From Gemmatimonadota bacterium (lineage in GTDB: Bacteria > Latescibacterota > UBA2968 > UBA8231), in assembly GCA_038128265.1 (NCBI GenBank), contig JAYPJE010000061.1, forward strand, positions 1-22,428: a DNA stretch of 22,428 nucleotides. The letters are read 5' to 3'. Numbering within the stretch: the stretch's first letter is position 1; every line of letters begins with the position of its first letter. This document shows positions 1 through 7,703 of this stretch, piece by piece. A program made the translations under genes and the position numbers. The notes beneath the pieces are model-generated. The model had not been told where the DNA came from. It saw nothing but the letters and a program-made list of their open reading frames with translations, and did not search any database.

Positions 1-438
1 GACGGCATCGACCAGTGGGCGCCCATTCCGGGTGAACTGCAGATTTCAGCGCCGGTCGGATCGGTCTATTTGCAGGACACGCGCGTCTGGCATTCGACGG
101 CGCTCAACCAGAGCGAGCACGAGCGCACGGCGGTGGTGTGTCGCTATGCGCCGTGGTGGCTGTCGGGCAACGAGTTTTGCAACCTGCACTCGGGCGGACA
201 CGCGCTGCGAACCTATGTGCCGCGCGAAGTGTACGAACGGTTTTCACCGGAATTACAGCTGCTCTACCGGCACTTGGTCGAAGGAGTAGAAGACGTGCTA
301 CAGCCAGAAAGTCAGCATCGAGCGATCCGTGCTCAGGGGTTGCGCGCAGCTGAACGAACTGTAGACAATAGCCACATAGTTGTCGGTGCGATGAGCAGCG
401 AAGAATGGGCCCGTCGCAATGCGGCCAATGCCCCATAG
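1..438 (+). CDS. Phytanoyl-CoA dioxygenase (PhyH)-family Fe(II)/2OG dioxygenase, 5'-truncated by window edge
   Basis: Frame is open from base 1 (DGIDQWAPIPGELQISAPVGSVYLQDTRVWHSTALNQSEHERTAVVCRY). This matches the PhyH C-terminal pattern G-x-hhh-D-x-R-x-W-H...N...R with the distal iron-binding His. Stop TAG at 436-438. Confidence 0.75.
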   Translation, partial: DGIDQWAPIPGELQISAPVGSVYLQDTRVWHSTALNQSEHERTAVVCRYAPWWLSGNEFCNLHSGGHALRTYVPREVYERFSPELQLLYRHLVEGVEDVLQPESQHRAIRAQGLRAAERTVDNSHIVVGAMSSEEWARRNAANAP

Positions 439-448
439 GCATCGGCTC

Positions 449-2632
449 ATGAAGCGGCAACTATATCTGGACTATGCCTACCAGGTTGCGGACCTAATCT
501 GGCAGGACTACGACGCCCTGCGAAACCAAGCCATCGAAAAGGGCAAAGCAGCACTGCGCGATCAGGGAAAGCTGCAAAATACGTTTCAGTTTGTCGGCAC
601 CGTCGCGCCCGCTGAGGCAAGGCGTTACAGGCAGACGGGCGAAGCGCGTTATCTGGAACGGGCAAAACGCTACTTGCTCGACGTGCATGACGTTTATCAC
701 GCGCTGAAGACCTATCAGGAAGCGGAACACATTGCGCTCCGCAACGCCGATTTTCCAACGCTCGGCTGGATGTTCGAGCCCGAGCCCTATATCAGCACGT
801 ACAATGAGATCAAGGGTATAGCCGACTTTACGGACGAGGAAACCGCATACGTCGAGACCGTCGTCGAATTGGCGATGCGACCGATTGAACGGATGCCGGA
901 GTACGGGCCGATGAACCGCAGTATGCTGCGTGCCCTTAACCTAGCGGCGGCCGGTTCGTCGTTTCCCGAGCACGAGGAAGCCGCGAAATGGCTGAAGATG
1001 GGGCGCCATATTTTCGCAGACAGCTTGGATAAGTGGTCGATGGAGGATTCCGGGGCGTATCAGGGCATTTGGCTATACAGCTTTATTGCGTATAACGAGT
1101 ATGTTCCCACGGTCAGTATAGAAGATAACTACGTCGTTAAACACTATGCCGATTTGTGGGCGAGACTGGTCACACCGCTCGGATTCATTCCCGACTACGG
1201 AGACTGGGACCTGGCTGAGGACTGGGTTCATATCGCGGCTGTCATGGAAAAGTGCGCGACCCTTTATCATTCCGCCACGCTCAAGTACGCTGTTAACCGC
1301 TTCACGGAAGCGCAGGTTGGACACGCCTCGGGACTTTCGGGTGGGATAGACCGTTTTCTGCGGCAGTTGGTCTCCGCCTACGACTGGTCGGATGATGATC
1401 TGGCAGAACAGAAGCCTCCACCGCATTCTCAAGAAGCATGTGATGACACAATTGGCAAGAAATGCGTCTTCCGCAACGGCTGGGATCGCGATAGTACATA
1501 CCTGTTACTCAACTATCGAGATGAGCCGGAGACCAACGAGATCTATCGAAAAAACCTGACGCTTACCATTCCAGTCAAAGCGGAAAAAACGCATCACGGC
1601 CACAGCGACGAAAACGCCCTCTGTATGCTCATTGCACAAGGGCGCATGCTGCTTACCGAAAGTGGCTATCGAAAGGGATTTGAACGAGGCTGCACGTATC
1701 GGAGCGACTACTACCACAATAAACTCATCGTCCGCAAGGGCGTCACCAAGGCGTATTCGTTCTTTGATCACATTATTGACTTCGGCGAATACAATCCCGT
1801 GCAGACGGAGCGCATTTATTTTTACCGTTTCGACGAAGTAGACTGTTCGAGAACGCGCTTATACGACACCCGCAACGCAGCGGTGTGCGACCGAGTCGTC
1901 TATTATCTGAAGAACGAAGACTGCTTTATCGTCAATGACGTTGTCTTGCCCGGGGAAGACGGCAGTTATACGCTCGGGCCTGTCTACCACGCACAGGATA
2001 TCAAACCGGCCGGCAGTAGAAGTTATGTTCTAAGCCAGATGGAAATCAGCAGGGGACAGGAGTTGACGTATACACAGCCAGGTGATGTGAAGCTCTATTT
2101 ACACTTCCCGATGGATGAACACAATGTCGAGTTGCAGGCGATAGACCGAGCCTATCGGAACCAAATGGCGGTGAGTCAGTTTTTTGCGGGATACGCGAAC
2201 GGGCAGTTTCCGCTCTTTTTTTCTTCGGTGCTATACCCGAGTCGACACGGTGCGCCGTCTTTCTTCGACTCATTTAGCTACCAGAAGAAGCCCAAAGGAG
2301 TGGGCCTTCAGTTTTCTATCGGTGAACGGTGCTACACTCTGTTCGATCGCTACTGCTATGAGTCCAAGATAGAAGACCTCAACAAACGCCCCGCGTATTC
2401 CTTTGCAGCAGGGCGAGAGCACGTTTTCGGAATCGAAACAGACGCGTATTCTGCCGTGACCATTCAAGACGACGAATCCACGTACTTTTGCTGCGTCGAC
2501 TTTAGCACGTTGATCTACGAGGGTAAATCGCTCTTCGAGATGGAGGCGATGGAACAGCTGCAGCTGGATTTCAACGATCCCCTCAAGCGAACAACGAGCT
2601 GGAGCAATTGGGATGACCGAGTTTATATGTAG
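449..2632 (+). CDS. Heparinase II/III-like protein (putative polysaccharide/oligosaccharide lyase), no obvious signal peptide
   Basis: Helical N-terminal half with EDSGAY and PDYGD. It is followed by FRNGW..., HHGHSDEN, GRMLLTESGY and YRSDYYHNKLIV, typical of the heparinase II/III beta-sandwich domain. ATG 449 chosen over 419 because it avoids overlap with the upstream gene. Confidence 0.7.
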   Translation: MKRQLYLDYAYQVADLIWQDYDALRNQAIEKGKAALRDQGKLQNTFQFVGTVAPAEARRYRQTGEARYLERAKRYLLDVHDVYHALKTYQEAEHIALRNADFPTLGWMFEPEPYISTYNEIKGIADFTDEETAYVETVVELAMRPIERMPEYGPMNRSMLRALNLAAAGSSFPEHEEAAKWLKMGRHIFADSLDKWSMEDSGAYQGIWLYSFIAYNEYVPTVSIEDNYVVKHYADLWARLVTPLGFIPDYGDWDLAEDWVHIAAVMEKCATLYHSATLKYAVNRFTEAQVGHASGLSGGIDRFLRQLVSAYDWSDDDLAEQKPPPHSQEACDDTIGKKCVFRNGWDRDSTYLLLNYRDEPETNEIYRKNLTLTIPVKAEKTHHGHSDENALCMLIAQGRMLLTESGYRKGFERGCTYRSDYYHNKLIVRKGVTKAYSFFDHIIDFGEYNPVQTERIYFYRFDEVDCSRTRLYDTRNAAVCDRVVYYLKNEDCFIVNDVVLPGEDGSYTLGPVYHAQDIKPAGSRSYVLSQMEISRGQELTYTQPGDVKLYLHFPMDEHNVELQAIDRAYRNQMAVSQFFAGYANGQFPLFFSSVLYPSRHGAPSFFDSFSYQKKPKGVGLQFSIGERCYTLFDRYCYESKIEDLNKRPAYSFAAGREHVFGIETDAYSAVTIQDDESTYFCCVDFSTLIYEGKSLFEMEAMEQLQLDFNDPLKRTTSWSNWDDRVYM

Positions 2633-2745
2633 GACGTTTGCGGCGTCGCTCTAGAACCGTTTATCTAACGTGCTTTTCGGCAAACTCGCAGGCGTGATCA
2701 AGGTTGTTCCAACGCCCAAACAAGCGCACTCGGGTAGGGAAGGGT

Positions 2746-3657
2746 CTACGGCGTGAAGGGCTCGCCCGTGCGGCGCAATTCTTTGGTGATGGCGATCTGG
2801 CAGGTGGCGTAGGTGCCCATATAGCCGGTGGCAAAGCCGGGTCGCGCATCGCCGATGGTGCCGACAATCATATTGGCGTACTCGTAGGTCGTGTCGTAGC
2901 GGTCGATGAGTAGGGCAACCATTTCCAGCCAGGCGTGGCGCAGCGCCTCGCCCCAGGTCTCGGCTCGGGCACTCGTCAGCCATTCCTCGGCATGTTCGAC
3001 GACGCGCGTTTTTTCCACGACAGGAGCGCTGCAGGGAAAGCCGGGCGAGCGGCTGACCTTCAGGGTGATGGCTGCGTCGATCTCGACACCGGCGCCGGTG
3101 AGCTCGCCGTCCCCCATGCGTGCGTGCACGTCGCCCAGCGAGAGCTCGCCGCCGGGCTTTTGTGCGCGGATGTGCACCGTGCTGCCGGATTGGATGGCGT
3201 TGAAGTCCATATTGCCGCCGTGGTCAATGGCGTTGGGTGCCCACGACGCTAGCTGAATCACGCCGATCATCGGTCGAATGGGCACGATAAAGTCGGGCGG
3301 AAAATGCACCAACCCATCGCGCACGGGGGCTAGGCAGCGCCAGTTGCCCCAGTTGGGACCGCCGTTGCGATAGAAGCCATAAGGCCCTACTTCGATATCG
3401 ACGATTTCGATGGCTACCCAGTCGTCGGGTTCGATGCCCTCGATCAGAAAGGGGCCGCCCGGTCGGGCGTAGCGCCGATGGCTGGCTCCAGATATGATCT
3501 GTCCTGCCTTGAGAAAGCCGGCCGCTTCGTAGTCATTGTCGGCTCCCCCCAGGGTCTCGATAACCACCGTTTCACCCAATTCGAGCGTGCCGCGTACTTC
3601 GCCTATAGCAGGATCGTCTGGACCACTGTAGTGGGGGGTTCGGTTAAAGCGTCGCAT
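2746..3657 (-). CDS. Acetamidase/formamidase family protein (FmdA/AmdA)
   Basis: Motifs GPFLIEGIEPDD..IEIVDI, PIRPMIGVI, HGGNMD, LSLGDVHARMGDGELTGAGVE. ATG 3657 preferred over 3732, which overlaps the upstream ORF. Confidence 0.85.
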   Translation of the reverse strand: MRRFNRTPHYSGPDDPAIGEVRGTLELGETVVIETLGGADNDYEAAGFLKAGQIISGASHRRYARPGGPFLIEGIEPDDWVAIEIVDIEVGPYGFYRNGGPNWGNWRCLAPVRDGLVHFPPDFIVPIRPMIGVIQLASWAPNAIDHGGNMDFNAIQSGSTVHIRAQKPGGELSLGDVHARMGDGELTGAGVEIDAAITLKVSRSPGFPCSAPVVEKTRVVEHAEEWLTSARAETWGEALRHAWLEMVALLIDRYDTTYEYANMIVGTIGDARPGFATGYMGTYATCQIAITKELRRTGEPFTP

Positions 3658-3685
3658 GGGCAACCGGTTATGGACTGGGGGGTCC

Positions 3686-3994
3686 CTATATGACCAGCGT
3701 CTTGCAGGCGAGCTGTTGAAACGCGGTTTCAAGACCGCTGGCAGTGGCGCTGCGCGTGCGGTCGAGCAGCAAATTCTCGATCAATTCTCCCGGTTCTATT
3801 CCCTCGGCCGTGCAATAATCGCGCAGTGCGCGCAGGACGCCTTGATCGATGTCAAAGTGCGCGGACTCTTTCACTCCGCTCTTCTGAGCCTGAGCCATTG
3901 CCTCGCGTGCGCGCTCGCGTTCGACGAGTCGCGCAAGGACTTCGGTGTCTGCAGCCGGTAGCGAATGGAGAGTCGAAAAGTCTATTTTTTCCAT
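3686..3994 (-). CDS. Small hypothetical protein with ribbon-helix-helix (CopG-like) DNA-binding segment
   Basis: Good RBS (GGGGAGG) before ATG 3994. Segment SAHFDIDQGVLRALRDYCTAEGIEPGELIENLL fits the RHH strand-helix-G-helix pattern. Confidence 0.5.
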   Translation of the reverse strand: MEKIDFSTLHSLPAADTEVLARLVERERAREAMAQAQKSGVKESAHFDIDQGVLRALRDYCTAEGIEPGELIENLLLDRTRSATASGLETAFQQLACKTLVI

Positions 3995-4283
3995 CGGCGA
4001 CCTCCCCTGGTATGCGATGTGAGACAAAGATACAACCGTATGCATTTTTCAGCCCGCCTATTTTATAGAATGGTATTAAATATTGTTCTGTTGGGTCGCT
4101 ATGTGTTAACGCGCTACATCCGCAGCTCGCGCCCAGATATGAGCGCAGAAAAAACTTGTGCCGGGTAATGTCTTTTAGTCCGGCGAACTCCTAAATTATC
4201 TGAGCATTTGGCGCCGCGGTTGGGCGATGACTTGCAGTGCCAACAGAACGGCGTTTGTGCTGCTTTTATCAGAGAAATGGATC
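3995..4283. promoter_or_regulatory. AT-rich divergent intergenic/promoter region
   Basis: Non-coding gap between divergent genes with AT-rich tracts such as TTTTATAGAATGGTATTAAATATTG. No confident -35/-10 pair assigned. Confidence 0.4.
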
Positions 4284-6797
4284 ATGTCCAATCTAGCTAA
4301 AGTTCGGGCCGGCTATCGGCGCTTGCGCGAGCGCATATATGAGGCGATGGAAGTTGCCATGCCCGGCGATGTGCTGAGCCGCGTGCTCAATCTGGGCATT
4401 ACGGCGCTTATACTCATTAGTATTGCAGCCTTTGCACTCGGCTTTGTCGCTCGACTGGCGCCCTACAGAGCCTACTTAGACCTAGTCGAAACAGTCTCCG
4501 TTGCTCTATTTACAGCAGAGTATCTGCTGCGACTGTGGTCGTGTGTAGCCTCGGCGCGCCACACGCGCCCATTGATCGGTCGCTTGCGCTTTGCCATGCG
4601 CCCGATGATGCTCATTGATCTGCTCGCCGTACTGCCCTACTATCTGCCATTTTTCTTTTCCCTGGATTTGCGTCTGCTGCGATTGCTGCGTCTGACGCGC
4701 CTGCTGCGCCTGCTTAAACTGGCCCGCTATCTGAAAGAGTCGCCGCCCGACGAGTCGGCCGTTGGTGACCTACTCAACGAATATCAGCGGAGCATGGCGC
4801 AGCAGCGCGGCCAGCTGACGGCGCTGCGCGACGAAAATATGGCGCTGCGCCGCCAGCAAATAGACGGCGCCATTGCCGATATGCGCCGCGCGCAGCAGCT
4901 GTGGCAGGTGCGCCGCCGCCGCAGCACCGTCGAGGGAAGCGAGCGCGAGGCGATTGAAGCGCCCATTGACGTGCTCGCGGCCGCGCTGGCTGAGCAGCAG
5001 TGGCTGGAGCAGGTAGCTCAGCAAAACGGAGCGATCTACGGCCGAGCGGCCGCGCTGTTTGACGAGGCGCCGCACGCAGCTACGCTGGGCGTCGATATAG
5101 GCTGGAAGAACATTCGCAGCTTTACGCGCGTGCCCCTGCAGCGCATTGGCACGCACCACTTTCGCGGGTTGGACGCGCTGCACGGAGCGGCCTTTGCGCG
5201 CTTTAGTCGCTCCTATGCGGAAGAGACGCGTCGCCGACTCGAAGCGGTGCGCACGGCTGTCAGCTACGCGCTGGATCAGGGCGAGCGAGAAATGGGCGGC
5301 AGCTTTTCGCAGGAGATGCGCGTGAGTTTGAATCGCGCGACCAACCGACTGCGAGACTTGGGCGACCCGGTGCGCGCTGCCTGGGATGGACTGATTTGGG
5401 AGCTGCAAGACGAACAGCAAAATCGCATTGAACGCGTGCAGGTAGATATTGCCCGCTACGGCAGCGCGATGTTTTATGTCGGGCGCGCGTGGCGTTCAGT
5501 CGACGTGGGTTCGCGCCGCCTGCGCGAGCGCGCCATTGATCTATTCTACGAATTTCTGCCGCGCGTCCGCGCCGCGCTGCGCACTGCCTATCGGCGGGCT
5601 AGCAGTCAGATTGAACCGGTTCTCTACTGGCTGGGCCTAGTTAAAGCCGAGGCGCGCGAGGTGCTCGAGGCCATCGACCAGGCGCAAATGACGCCGCGTC
5701 AGGATCTGGCCGAGGACTATCGTAGGCACTTCACGTTTGCGCCGTTGGAAAGCGACGAGCTCTTCGTGGGATTTGACGAGGAACTCGCTCTCATCGACCA
5801 GGCCATACAGCGTTGGGAGGATGGATTGACCACGTCGTTTATCGTGCACGGTCAGCGCGGTTCGGGAAAGACGACGCTGCTCAATATTGCGCAGGAGCGT
5901 CTGTTTGAAGATGACCAGATTGTCGTGCGCGCTTCCGTCGAAGAGAAGATCATCGGTGTAGATGCGTTGGTCCATTATCTCAGCAGCCTGCTTCAGCTAG
6001 GCTCAGTCGGTGATGTGGAAGAGTTGGCCCAGCGCCTGCTGCAGGAGCCGCCCAAAGCCATTCTGCTCGAGAGCTGCCACAATCTATTTCTGCGTAAAAT
6101 CGGCGGGTTAGAAGCGATGCGTCACCTGCTGTGGCTCATCGCCCGCACCAACCACCACGTTCTGTGGGGTATATGCATGGGGCGCCATGCGCGCGATTAC
6201 TTGACCAAGTTTCTCGCGCTCGACCAGCTATTTCACTTCGAGGTGCGGATCAGTGCGTGGGAGCCGAACGAGCTGCGGCAGCTGCTGCTTTTGCGCCACG
6301 ACCAGAGCGGCTATAGCCACAGCTTTCTGCTCGATAAGAGCCTAGAGCGCGTGCTGCGCCGTCGGCTGCGCCACTGGCGTAGGGTAGAAGAGCCGGCCGT
6401 ACAGGAAGCCCTCGAGCGGATCTTTTTTGAAGAATTGGCAGAAATTAGCGGCGATAATATCCTCGTCGCGCTCTACTATTGGCTGCGAGCCCTGCAGGCA
6501 AGCGGCCGCGATCACTACGCCGTGCGACCGCTGCGCGAGCTAGACCTTGATCTGGTAAAGTCAATTACCCTTGAACAGGCTTTTATCCTAGCGGCTGTGT
6601 TTCATCACGACAACCTAAGTGCGCAGGAAACGGCGGATATTCTCGATGCCAATGCGATACAGACGCGGCTCATGCTGGAGATATTGGACAACTTTAATAT
6701 TCTGGACTTCGACCAGCAAACGCGGCGCTATCGCGTCAACCCAGTGGTGTTGCACTCCGTGAGCGAAACGCTGCGCGAGCGCAACCTGCTTTACTAA
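4284..6797 (+). CDS. Fusion protein: Kv-type voltage-sensor domain (S1-S4, no pore) + long helical/coiled-coil region + STAND/AAA-like P-loop NTPase + C-terminal winged helix
   Basis: S2 VETVSVALFTAEYLLRLW, S3 IDLLAVLP, S4 RLLRLLRLTRLLRLLKLAR (about 4671-4730). Then hydrophilic helices, FVGFDEEL, Walker A GQRGSGKTT (5850-5876), Walker B-like AILLESCHNL, ISGDN, and a wHTH-like tail LSAQETADILDAN..LEILDNFNIL..RYRVNP. ATG 4284 preferred over 4227. Confidence 0.8.
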   Translation: MSNLAKVRAGYRRLRERIYEAMEVAMPGDVLSRVLNLGITALILISIAAFALGFVARLAPYRAYLDLVETVSVALFTAEYLLRLWSCVASARHTRPLIGRLRFAMRPMMLIDLLAVLPYYLPFFFSLDLRLLRLLRLTRLLRLLKLARYLKESPPDESAVGDLLNEYQRSMAQQRGQLTALRDENMALRRQQIDGAIADMRRAQQLWQVRRRRSTVEGSEREAIEAPIDVLAAALAEQQWLEQVAQQNGAIYGRAAALFDEAPHAATLGVDIGWKNIRSFTRVPLQRIGTHHFRGLDALHGAAFARFSRSYAEETRRRLEAVRTAVSYALDQGEREMGGSFSQEMRVSLNRATNRLRDLGDPVRAAWDGLIWELQDEQQNRIERVQVDIARYGSAMFYVGRAWRSVDVGSRRLRERAIDLFYEFLPRVRAALRTAYRRASSQIEPVLYWLGLVKAEAREVLEAIDQAQMTPRQDLAEDYRRHFTFAPLESDELFVGFDEELALIDQAIQRWEDGLTTSFIVHGQRGSGKTTLLNIAQERLFEDDQIVVRASVEEKIIGVDALVHYLSSLLQLGSVGDVEELAQRLLQEPPKAILLESCHNLFLRKIGGLEAMRHLLWLIARTNHHVLWGICMGRHARDYLTKFLALDQLFHFEVRISAWEPNELRQLLLLRHDQSGYSHSFLLDKSLERVLRRRLRHWRRVEEPAVQEALERIFFEELAEISGDNILVALYYWLRALQASGRDHYAVRPLRELDLDLVKSITLEQAFILAAVFHHDNLSAQETADILDANAIQTRLMLEILDNFNILDFDQQTRRYRVNPVVLHSVSETLRERNLLY

Positions 6798-6810
6798 AAC
6801 GAGATTGCTC

Positions 6811-7638
6811 ATGGAGACGTCCGTGTTGGAGGCGGGAACCGGCGGGCCCATTAATATCACCGTTGGCAAGGTGCTATTGCTGGCCTTTGTGGTGCTCTGT
6901 GCCTACGGGATAAATAGCGGAATAAATTTTCTGCTCGAGCGGCTTGCCGAGCGCCTGCCGGCGCAGCGACTGCTTTTCAAGCGCCTGATTCCCATTCTGC
7001 GGCTCTGCGTCTACGCGTTCACCATATATCTCGGTGTAACGGTTGTCAGTCCACAGCGTGAATCGCTCTACGCTATGCTTGGTTCGATGGCCCTTGCGCT
7101 GGGCCTGGCAGCCAAGGATCTGCTGACGGATATCATCGGTGGTATTGTCGTACTATTTGACCGCTCTTTTCAGGTGGGGGACCGCGTTGCCGTCGGCGGC
7201 TACTACGGCGAAGTCGTTTCTATCGGTTTGCGTTCGACAAAAATTGTTACCGTAGACGATTCGCTTGTTACCGTACCAAACTCAACGGTGCTCTCTTCGG
7301 CTGTATCCAATACCAACGCTGGGGCGATAGACTGCCAGGTCGTAGTCGATATGTATCTCCCGGCAGACTGTGACCTGACACAGGTGGAAACCATTGCGCG
7401 TGAGGCCGTGCTGACTTCCAAGCTGGCCTATTTGAACAAGCCCGTGGTAGTCAACGTGAAGGACGAGTTCAAAGAGACCTACCTGACGCACCTCGTCGTT
7501 AAAGCCTACGTATTTGACACGCGCTACGAGAATGCCTTTGCCGCCGATTTGACGCGCCGTATCAAAAAAGAGTTGGCGCGCCGCGCGCTCGTGCCGAGCG
7601 ATGGGCGTTTTGCCTCGAGTTCAACGTCGGGCATGTAG
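6811..7638 (+). CDS. MscS-family small-conductance mechanosensitive channel
   Basis: Three TM segments, ALALGLAAKDLLTDIIGGI, FQVGDRV, GEVVSIGLRSTKI, VPNS. Starts 13 bp after the VSD-NTPase stop. Confidence 0.92.
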   Translation: METSVLEAGTGGPINITVGKVLLLAFVVLCAYGINSGINFLLERLAERLPAQRLLFKRLIPILRLCVYAFTIYLGVTVVSPQRESLYAMLGSMALALGLAAKDLLTDIIGGIVVLFDRSFQVGDRVAVGGYYGEVVSIGLRSTKIVTVDDSLVTVPNSTVLSSAVSNTNAGAIDCQVVVDMYLPADCDLTQVETIAREAVLTSKLAYLNKPVVVNVKDEFKETYLTHLVVKAYVFDTRYENAFAADLTRRIKKELARRALVPSDGRFASSSTSGM

Positions 7639-7703
7639 AGGGTGAATATCTCGTAAAGGGAGCGAGCCTCGATCGCGCTGTGGGGTGCGCCGTTTCGGCT
7701 GCT

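Noticed and set aside
4671..4730. 9-bp quasi-repeats (CTGCTGCG...)
   Set aside because: They simply encode the (RLL)n S4 helix; not a CRISPR or DNA repeat element.
4730..5420. Frameshifted or pseudogenised Kv channel whose pore lies in another frame
   Set aside because: The frame is uninterrupted for over 830 codons, and I found no TVGYG-like filter or hydrophobic S5/S6 pair in alternative frames. The antisense 216-aa ORF (4770-5420) looks like a GC-rich shadow.
5613..5622. Third AACCGGTT core (GAACCGGTTC)
   Set aside because: Lies mid-CDS and is short enough to be expected by chance.
4284..6797. Avs-type antiphage STAND system
   Set aside because: No C-terminal TPR/WD40 sensor repeats, no nuclease/SIR2/TIR effector and no defence-gene neighbours. 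Not fully excluded, but the context points to ion homeostasis.
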